Assembly (NCBI GenBank): GCA_964106915.2
Contig: OZ066918.1
Strand: one strand, 5' to 3'
From: Podarcis gaigeae
Taxonomy: Eukaryota
Length of the DNA: 64,000 bases
The translations under genes were made by a program, and so were the position numbers. The notes under the pieces were generated by a model. The model was not told the origin of the DNA. It did not search any database and was given only the letters and a program-made list of their open reading frames with translations. This document shows, piece after piece, positions 1 through 10,200 of this stretch (positions within the stretch are counted from its first letter, which is position 1; the number at the start of each line of letters is the position of its first letter).

Positions 1-38
1 CTAATTAGCATTTTACCAGTGCTGGTTTTGATCTTTTA

Positions 39-126
39 AAGGTAAAGGTAAAGGGGCCCCTGACCATTAGACTCGCTTTATTGGCCGAGGGAGCTGGCGT
101 ACAGCTTTCGGGTCATGTGGACAGCA
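39..126 (-). mobile_element. 5'-truncated, internally deleted Sauria SINE
   Basis: (ACCTTT)n tail, similarity to the 58847 copy, 10-bp TSD TGATCTTTTA at 29-38 and 127-136. Confidence 0.8.
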
Positions 127-696
127 TGATCTTTTAGCCCTAGCTTATTTCAGGAAGCATATCCCCGTAATATCCCCATACATAATTTTCCTCCCTACCC
201 AGAGTATTGAGATCAGCTAACAAGACCCTCCTAAAAGTATAATCACCTTTGGATTTTGCATTAGCATCCAATGCAAATGCAAAAAGAGCAGGATCAGGTT
301 TTTTTTGTCACTGCTCTGGGACTTCAGTATACCCATCCTCTCTCCAGGAGGCCTGTGCAACCTTTACTCTACTTTTTTTGAAATTGGAAAAGTGGTCAAA
401 TATTCTTCTGTTCCTTTGGGAACTAGGCTTATGTATTTCCTGCTGCCCATTCTGTTCTGAGCCTGATTTTATTGTGCACCCCCCACAATCTTAACAGTGT
501 TTGGGGTTTCACTGTTTTAAATGCCATACTGTAAATTTGCTTTGAGAATATCGGTGCCTTATAATCTGGATTGCTGCTTACTTACATAAGCATTATATAG
601 GTACTTCATCTAGAAATACAATGACCATGGGTTTGGGGGAAAAAGTCATAAGTGTTTTCAAAATGAGAATACTTGGTTAGTTGAGCACTTTCATAC

Positions 697-1354
697 CTGT
701 CATCTAGTCGATCCAGCAATTCACCGCTTATTCTGCGTCCTGGTGTTGGCGGCTCCACATTGACACTGGAGGCCTCACTCTGCCAACCTGTAATTGAAGA
801 CAGTTCCTGTTCTGCCTGCTGCACATACTTAAGAATAGACAAGACTTTTTCTTCTGTCATCTCCTCAGACTCAACTACTTCGTCAAGGTGAATGTCTTCA
901 AACAGAGATTTAAGCTTTTCTTCCGTCATCTCATCAGTACCAGACTTTTCTCTCTCCTGCTGCTCAGTTCTCACTAAAGCTGGACTAGTCTCTTGGCTTA
1001 GCTTTTGTTTTGGTACCTCGGCATAACTACCAAGATAGCGTGGGTAATCATTAAAGTCCATTTCATCCAATTGGATCTGGCCTACATCTTTAGATGCTCC
1101 TTCTCTAGGCACTGAGAAATCGTGTTTGCCGTCTTCCAGTGAAGTGTCTTCTTCAGTCACCACTGGAGGTTCTGCTGCTGTATCATCTATGTTTCCCTGT
1201 GGAGTTACTAACACGTCACTCAGTCTACTGGGAGTTCTAAGGGGTGACTCTATGCTAGAGAAATCGCTAAAGAAATCATCTTGCTGGGAAGGGGTGGGTG
1301 GCACGAAGCGCAACCCAGTGGGAGTTTCCAGTTCCACTTGGATGGTGGGATAAC
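697..1354 (-). CDS. ANK3: ANK3 C-terminal domain exon: long form with acidic insert (658 nt); short form 697..787 (91 nt, GWQSEASS...LDRLDD) via an internal acceptor
   Basis: Acceptors cttccatag|GTTATC (1354) and caattacag|GTTGGC (787), both phase 1 and 567 nt apart (in frame); donor GACAG|gtatga. Confidence 0.92.
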
Positions 1355-3623
1355 CTATGGAAGACAGCACATTTGGACTGATTGCAATGAAGTATGGAGT
1401 GACATATAATCAAGCATGCAGAGTGGCCAGTTAATTATGGAAAATGTGGAAAATGTATGAAATGGTAACAACACTTTAAGTAGGAATGTAATAATGAATG
1501 TAACATCCTTAAAGAATGCAACAAAACCAAAGTAGATGAAATGGCTAATACAGCACAGCTTATTACTATTGGTCTACAGCACACATGGTTGCAATTTTTC
1601 AATTACTGGTTTTCCAGTAATTTCAGTAGTATTATATTTCTCTTCTCAATAGCAAATGGACTGAATCTGGATTGCTGCTTGCTGTCTTTTTATATCAAGA
1701 GTGGTATATTGTGGCAAAATAACTTTTCTGCTTGTATTTGGATTTACTCAAAAAGTTTAAATGTAATGAATTATGTTATAAAGCAAGACAGCCAGGTTTT
1801 CTTAAAAATTGTTGTACATTTTTATCATCCAGTTTCCAAAAGATAAAACTACTTGGCTTTATACCATTACAAATGTGAAATATCATCTGTAGATACTTCA
1901 ACTTTAATCACTGCATCATGATAACGCAGTTGTTAGAAATATGGAAATGAACCTTAAAGAGGACAAAAAAGTATAGCATATTCTCAGAGACTGTAGAGGC
2001 AAAATCTAAAACAAAAACTACAGGGTAGGGAGGATCTAGATATAAATTTCGGGAACAGTAAAACTACAGAGATGAGAGGATTGTGATGAATAAGGAGATC
2101 TTGGTGATCTTGGAGACTGAGGCGATCTTGGTGACATGGGTACAATCAGAAACACTGATTGAATAAAGAGAGAAAAGAAAAACATAAGCAACAAAAAAGA
2201 GAGAACAATAATTATCCAGAACAGGGATGACCCGCTGGAGACCTGTGAGCCTGATCAGCCCTGAAGTACCTCCCCAATTTTAATAAATGTGTGGTACAAA
2301 CAATTGCCCAAAGGATATTGCATGTAGAATTTAGTGTATAGCTATATTAAGAGCATCCTGAAAAGGCAAAAGCAAGCTACCAATCAGCCTCATGACAGAA
2401 TCTTTCTGGAAGGACATTACTTCCTCCACCCAGCAATTAATGATCTTTTGCCACCCAAACGTGAATGCTCCATACCTATAGAGCCCTTACTGCTAGCTTT
2501 GCAATGAAGTCTGATTATCCATAATGAGGTCTGCTTGGTTCTGTGAAAAGTACTCCCAAAGCCCAGAGTAGCAGCTGGTGAATGGAGCAGCCCCCAGGAA
2601 TACAGAGGTTGACCATCCCTGCTCTGGCAGTTAGACTTGAACATGGACAAATGAAATGACAGTGAACTGTAAACCATATTCTCAGAGGTAAATATTAAGT
2701 TGATGAGCTGATGAAAGGCTGGGATGGGGAGAGAGATCAGCATTACATTGTGCTGCCTGGAGAGCAATGTGCACTAATGTCTCCGAGTTCTGCAACTGAA
2801 TCAACTGAGAGAAAGTTAAAAGGTAGTCTGGTCTTGGTGAGGACAAGAAGCTTGAGGAAGGTTCAGAGGAGAGGAAGGATAGACAGCAACACAGAGAAGC
2901 ACATTCTCTTTGTAGAAAAGATACTTGTCTCTGATTAAAAGGCACAAGCAACATTTCAAGAGAAAACTTCTTAAAATGTCCACAGAATTTTAATTTCTGC
3001 AATGCGGTGAAGAATGTTGCTTGGGGATGAATTAAGCTCATAAGCGCTGCACACAGCCAGAAAATCCTTGCAGAAGGCAGCAAAAACAGCATGTGTTTGA
3101 ATAAAATACATGAAAAAGGGAGACTTTCATAGTGTTTAGAAGAACATAGCTTACAAAAAAGGAAGTATTTGGAAAGCAGCTTAATGTATCTTCAAAGTCA
3201 GAATTAGTTTTTAGCACCTGATCAGTAGTACAGATTCATTTATATATCTATCTGCTCAATAAAACCTTTACAGTTGAAGAACAAAAATTGAAGTTAAATC
3301 TCAGCATAAATCTGGGCATTGATTAGAGTACCAGAATTTCATTATCCCATTAGGGTAATTTTAGAATGTAAAGAAACAATAAGCAGTTGTAATTTTACCA
3401 AAGGGAACAATTTCACAGTAATTTTAGACTGAGTTCAAATTAAGTTAATAGAGCCAAACAACTCTGAAGTGTTCATTGATACATACCCTGATTTTTTAAA
3501 TATTTGAGATAAATAAATATATATTTTATTTGAAACAGTATCATCTTGCATAGTTTATGTTATTAGATGAAAAGACCTTTCTGTGTGGATAAATATTGGT
3601 CAAAATGAAGCAAATTCAGTTAC

Positions 3624-3767
3624 CATCAACAGGATCATGGAAAACATTATTTTCATCTGCAAAGCTTCTGGTGCCTGAAATGTTTCCATAATCAAATATT
3701 GGTCCTTCCAACAAAGTTACAATGTCAATCCGATTGATTTTTGTCAATATAGAGGTTAAGGCATCAG
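3624..3767 (-). CDS. ANK3: ANK3 exon, death domain end (TDALTSILTKINRIDIVTLLEGPIFDYGNISG...HDPVD), 144 nt
   Basis: cttccacag|CTGATG ... GATG|gtaact. Confidence 0.96.
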
Positions 3768-4159
3768 CTGTGGAAGGAAGAACAAAATAGATGAAAAGTA
3801 TTTCATAACTGAAATTTGTAACTGTCTATGAGTATGGCCAGTGGTCGCAACAGTAACATTATTATGCATGCAGTAGATTCAATCAACCAGTCTCTACTTT
3901 CCAGTGCACGTTCCCAAGTGTTTAGAGACATGTGTCTCACCTTCACACTTCATGTATCTACCATAGCGAATACTGGTGTCGTAGAGTGCCTATAAAGCAC
4001 AAATCAGCTCTTCGTCAATACTCTGTGTATAAGTGCATGCTACTGTAAAAATGGAATAATTCTATTGCCATGCAGTACCTCCCATAGCCATGCCTTGTCA
4101 CAATCTCAAACAGTGGGCAGCATTCTCCTCAGTGCATTGTATGTGCATGGAACTACTTT

Positions 4160-4328
4160 GGGAATGGCTCAGTAGGTGAACACATGGTTTGCACACAGAA
4201 GGTCCCAGCTCTAACTTAGGGCTAAAAAGACTTATGGTGAGCTGCTGCCAGTTACAGTTGGCAATGCTGGACTAGAAGGATCAATAGTCTGACTCAATAT
4301 AAGGCAGTTTCATCTGTTCATATGTTCT
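4160..4328 (+). mobile_element. degenerate tRNA-derived SINE, same family as 44598
   Basis: GGCTCAGTAGG...GAAGGTCCCAG...CTGCTGCCAGT...GTCTGACTCAATATAAGGCAG...TATGTTC. Confidence 0.65.
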
Positions 4329-4635
4329 CACTGTGAGGACTGTGAGATTGTGTTGTTTTAAGCCTATCCAGACAGATCCATGCATGCAGATGCCTTATTC
4401 CTTGACTTCCCAAAACTTGATGACCCACAGCTGAATGCATGAATTGAAATGTATGAATGAATGAATGAATGAATGTATGAGTTGAAAATTATATCTATAG
4501 TCTTTGATCTGTGGCATTTTATTCTCACATACTGGTTGAGGGTACAGTCATTAAGTGATGGGTCTAGTCTGTGTATGAAGTTCAGCAAAATATGGACTTC
4601 TACATACTTAAAACAATAATAATTATGAAACTTAC

Positions 4636-4767
4636 TTGTAGCATTTTTCCCATCTCTGGTCACCCATTTCTTTAACAACATGAAGCTCTGAGCAATCAAA
4701 GAGTTTGGGTTTTCTACCCGGATTTGATTAATTTCATCAACAGAAAAATTCAGCTCTCTTGCCAGTT
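4636..4767 (-). CDS. ANK3: ANK3 exon, death domain ([24 protein letters not shown]...GKNAT), 132 nt
   Basis: atgtgatag|AACTGG ... TACAA|gtaagt. Confidence 0.96.
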
Positions 4768-6499
4768 CTATCACATGGGGGAAATGGAGGGAAGAGAGAG
4801 ATAACAAAGTTTATTTTGAAAACTCGGTTCAGCAGGTCACACATGGAAAAACCAAGTTTGGTTCAGATTTCTGCCTTTTCAGTGTAACATGTCATAGAAA
4901 TCGGAAAGGAGAAAGTCCTCTGAGAGAGCAGGTATCATTTCATCCTGCTGTCTGAAACCACTGTTTGTAGAGCTTTGGGCTGTATCCTTCCTTCACCAGT
5001 TCTACAAACGGCATTTATATATTCCTCCACTTACCCCACCCAAGGGAGGTCAAGAGGTTGCACACTTTCCCAAGTTTCCTGCTGTGTCTAAATATAGCCT
5101 TCTCCAACCTGCTGCTCTCTAGGTTTTTCGGACTACACCTCTCAGCAACCCTAGCCAGCATGGCCAACTGCCAGGGATGATGGGAGTTGTGTTCCAAAAC
5201 ATCAGCAGCAGGCTGAGGAAGTCTAAATCAGGCTTCCAGTCAGGTAGACAATCACTGATGACCTCACAATTACTATGTGGCATAGCAACACATTGGCTTC
5301 AACTCAAAGAACTGCAGCTGGTGTTTTATGCAGGCACCAGGGCTTTCTTGTCTTCACCTCCTCATGTTGTAAGTTACCCTGAAGACTCAGATAAATCTCT
5401 GGAAAGGTATATTATGTAGCAAGAGAACTGCAGTCAGAGAGAGGGAAAATGGCCAAAGCAGACACACAAAGAGTCTTCAAAGTGCAAACAGGTATCTTCC
5501 ACTCTCATACAGAATACTTTGAATCCAAACTGTCAAATATGGTATACAAAGCTATAAAATATTTCTGACATGCCTGGGGTATGTAGGAGGAGGCAGGAGA
5601 AGGCAGCAATGAGAGCTCCATTCTTTTGTCAACAATGGACAAGAGGGGCATGTCAGGAGATCTGCCTGCTCCTTGAGGAGCAGGAAGGGGACTGAGCCGG
5701 ACTGGTCAGCTGCCTTATTGCCAAGGCAACATGGCGGCCACCAATGCCTCTCATGGCCCTGGATGCCCCATGTGCAGTCAAGATCCTTTCTGGCAGCCAC
5801 ACAACTTTTAGTGCCTATATTACAATACTAGTTGGTGAGAATGAAGAGAGGTCTAACTCGCTGGCTTTGCTTTGAGGAGAGGTCTTTATCAAAAGGGCCT
5901 TTGTGCTACTTCAAAAGTATTTATTTCTTACATTTCTACAGGACAGATGAGGAATAATAAACCTTGTTAACCTCTACCCACCCTACCATATCCGAGGCCT
6001 GTGAGGAGACAGGACCGATGCAGTGGATTCTAGAGATAATGAGGTAACAAAATTGTGAAGAAAAAACCCATGCAACATGTGATGGTCTCAAGACTAAGTT
6101 TCCTGCTTGGCCACCTAATGCTATGAAGCTCGCTAGGGGTTACTATCATGTTAACTGATTGCACAGGGTGGTTGTGTGGCTGACACATCAGACTTAGCTC
6201 CCTGAAGAAATGATGGGATACATATGTCACAAATGCTTTATAAACACCAGTTTTATAATCTTCTTCTTCTTCTTCTTTGGTGATCACTCATAGCCAAGTA
6301 AGATTGTCTTCCATAAACCATGTTTATGGAAATTTTATAATATAAGTACTACTAAAGCACATTTCATAAAGACCTCTTGCAATCTCGCTTGTCTACTGTA
6401 TCCCTCTTTTTCTGAAGACAAAAGATGCCCTGAGGACTAAACTGCACTCTAACACACACACATACACACCCTCAGCTGGGTATCAAAAGAAATTCTTAC

Positions 6500-6574
6500 C
6501 TGTCCAACTAAGTCCCAGGTGATCGGCCACTATTGCCATCCTTATATCTGTCCGTTCACATGGACTCTGTGGAC
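6500..6574 (-). CDS. ANK3: ANK3 exon, death domain start (PQSPCERTDIRMAIVADHLGLSWT), 75 nt
   Basis: aaatcacag|GTCCAC ... GACAG|gtaaga. Confidence 0.96.
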
Positions 6575-7227
6575 CTGTGATTTATAATTTATTGATTAAA
6601 AAGGTGCTGTGAAAGAATTCTTAGCACCAACAGCATTTTAATACATTGTACTATGTTAACTGGTGCTCAGATCAATTGCTAAAATGACTGAGTGCCCTAA
6701 AACCTACAATAAATAAATACATATTTGTCACAGATTTGAAAAAAAATGCCACCTTTATAAGGCCGAGTGTCAAACTACATGATGTTAATTGTGTAAATGA
6801 AACCAAACATGCCAACAATCTATCTACTCAACTGTTCAACAGTGCTTTAACTACTGGTGGGGTGGTGGAAAATAGTCCACCAGTACTTAAAGAAAAAAAA
6901 ATGTTTTCTCTGTTTGACAAAATGAGGGGTGTGTTTTTTTTGCTGTCATAAAATGAAGTCTTCTAAGACCTAAACTATTACATGAATGTATTTAGCATGC
7001 TTCACTAGCTGTCTATAGTATAGGCTTCACTTAAAGGAAGAAAGAAGAGTATAAAAGACAGCACATACAGATGACAATGACAGAATGAGAACTACAGTAA
7101 GTCACTTCACAGGCAATCACAACAGTTCATGCACTAGGATCAACAAGTTGAAAGTTTTACAAACTAGGCTTGATCTCCACGAGGTGAGCCACGAGAGCTC
7201 CAGAAACCTGACTCCCTCCATTCTCAC

Positions 7228-10200
7228 CAGTCCTCTTACTCCTCCTCCTCTCACTGTCGGACTTTTCAATCTTTGATTTTAAAGATGCTGCCTCTGTTCT
7301 CATATCTCTAGCGGGCTTCGATGTAATGGAAGGCTGGAAAACTTGAGTGGCTTCGGACAGGGACGTGTTTCTTGACGTACTGTCTTCTTCTTCATCATCA
7401 TCGGACACCTCTGACTGCAACTTTTTGTCTTCATCAGACAGGCGGTCCACAAGCTTTAAAGCCTCTCCACTAATTCCCTTAAAATATTCAATAGAATGTT
7501 TACATACCTCCCTAAGCTGACTCTGCTTTACTTTAACTGTTGCTGCTGCAGCGGTGGTGGTGGTGGTGGTAGAGGTGCTGGTGGTAGATCTTACCTTTAA
7601 TGGTAATTTAGAAGGAAGCAGTTTGGCTTTGCTTCTCTCTAGCTGCTCTTGGTTTTGAACTGCTGGTGTCTTTCTAGCTATGGCTAAGTTATGCCTTTGT
7701 GTATTTTTTACAGGAATCTTAGACCTTACTTCTACATGTGGGAAAGAGCTGTTTTGTTTCCTTTTGTCAAGTTTACTATCCTGTCTGACTTTACTCACTC
7801 TGCAGGATTGGCTACTGCTATGTGGGATAGCTTCTTTTGCTGAGGTAGCCTTTATGGGAAGTTTTGATCTCGCTCTATTCCCTATTGGCTCTGATGACTT
7901 CTGCTGTTCTCCGTGTACTTTTGGTTTACAGTGTCCTTGTGTTGCACCTGTATCATTTCCTGAAGTGTTTTTCAATTGAGTAGCTTTCTGTGTGGGACAC
8001 TTAGGCTCAAAATGTTCATTTAGCACTACTTTACAGGTAACGCTATCGTTAGGTAAAACGGATGGGTCCAAATTGTTGTTGTTATTAAAATTATCTTTTT
8101 GGAAATCATGCTTTTCTGCTTCCCTACCACTTGACTGGCTTGTAACCTCCTCTATGGCTTCATATTCTAACCCCTGAACACCTGGCGTCATAGCCTCTAG
8201 CTTATCTGTAACTTCTCCAGAGACATCTTTCTTCAGCGTCATGGCAGAAGCAGAAATTCCCATTTTAATAGGTGTGCGCAATTTGGGATCAACTTTAGAA
8301 GCATTAACAGCGGTCGATGATTTCTCCAGGGAGTTACTACCAGGTGTTGCTTCCGTACAATCTCCACTGGCCTGGGTGATGAGCTTACATTCAACTGTTG
8401 GTGTTTCTACTTCTCCCTCTACGTTTTTTCCTACAGCTTTGTCCCCTGACTGCAGCTGTGTGATGGCAGTGACTTTATTTTTATCCCCTTCCCCCTTGTC
8501 CCCTGACTTCCCTTCAGAAGTATGCTCACCAATCTGAAAAAATTGGAGTCTTTCTTCAACAAAATCCCTCTTGCTCATGTCAATTGCGCCACTGCGAGTC
8601 ATCTCAAACATCTTCCCTTCGTGAAACGGGAAGGGATTGGGCTCACTAGTTGGTGTACTTTCATCAGTTGGAGTTCTGGCTGGAGTCGTATCTGGGGTTG
8701 TCGCTTGAGATCTGTCTTCTACAGCAAGGCCAAAAGGCTTAGCCTCGTCATCCCTCGATTTGGACTCAAACACTTCATCATCACCACGGTTATTGGACCA
8801 AGGGTCAAAATCTAGGCTTTTAGTAGCTACTGTCTTAAAAGGGGTTGCAAACTCTTCATCTACTTTGTAACTGAAATATGTATCAGGAAACACAGTCCTG
8901 TCAGGGTGCCTGCCTTCCAAAGTGAAAAACTGTGCCCCTGATTTTTGTTCAGTCTTATCGGCACTTTTTTCAGCTGCTGGACATTTTGATAAAAGTTTGT
9001 TTTCTTCAGTACCAACTTTTTCTTCCTCCTCAATAACTTCCAGCTTACTTTGGCTAAAACACCGATCAGTCTGTTTCAAAATGCCTTCTGTAGCCCATAT
9101 GTCTTTTTTGATTTCCACTGCTGGGCCTGCAAGTTTGGAATCACTCTCGGTTAAGCCGTCATCTTCATCTTGTAGATCATACCCATCAAGAGAGTCAATT
9201 TCAGTTGCATCTGTATCATGGGAAAATTCTGCAGTGGTTGCTATGGAACACTCAGTGACAGACTGGTCATTGTTCCCATTTTGCGCAATATCATTCTGGG
9301 GAGAATCAAGGCTAAGATCAAAATCATTAGGTTTCCCATTCTCTCTTTTTGCAGGCAATTTATGCTTGGAGCCTTCTTTCTGGCCATCTTCAACGTCATT
9401 CAATTTAAACATGTATCTTTTAATGGGAACAGGCTGATACAGGGATTCATCATCGCTGGAGTCACTAAGATCTTCTCCTGGTGGCCCAGGAGAAGGTGGC
9501 TGTACTCTTATGAGTGGTTCAGCCAGCTGACATTTGTCATGTTCATCCCGTAGGTTTACTTCTATCATCTCCATTTCACTCTCAGAGGAGTGGCGCTGCT
9601 TTTCTGATTCTGTCTGATCGGCATCTAGCGGAGGAGGAGGAGGGAACTCAATGTACGCAACCCGGTTCCCTTTGGGCCTTTTATTAGAATCTCTGTCTAA
9701 GCTACTGGGCAGCACTCTGTCAATTTTTGGTGGCTCAACAATGGCCTGTTTTACAGAGGTTGACTTAGCCTCTGCTTCCTCTTCAGACTCCTCAGAAACC
9801 TCAGGGATAGGACTGGGTTTGCCTGGTATATAAGCAATTAGTGAATCAGGCGTTTTAGATGTAAACTCGTAACTCACTTCCTCTGAGCTAGGAGTTTCAG
9901 GTGTTAATGGACTTTTCCCAGAACTATCTATAAAGGACACCTGCTCTAATGTGTCATCTTCTGGACTGCCTTGTGGAGAAGGAAGCTGTTTCTGCTGCCT
10001 TGTGGTGTAAAAGCCCCCCCTTGTCTCTTGTACCGTCTTACTTTCCTGACTTACAATTTTTTTAATATTTCCTTGTTGCACCTCCCTTTCATATTGCCTC
10101 CCTACTTGAACAAAACTGACGTAAACAGGTAAGGTTTTTATCTCTTTTGTTCCCTCAGCTGCTGCTAAAGGGGCTGATTTTGCCAAGTTATCACTATGAA

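Noticed and set aside
1355-1390. In-frame upstream extension (ISPNVLSSI) of the long C-terminal exon
   Set aside because: The only nearby AG (atcag) is out of frame, and the in-frame position reads gcaa rather than gcag.
7157-7227. C-terminal ENGGSQVSG... of the 2559-aa track ORF and its listed start at 14836
   Set aside because: Intron read-through past the donor at 7228. The exon starts at a splice acceptor (14946/14940), not at 14836.
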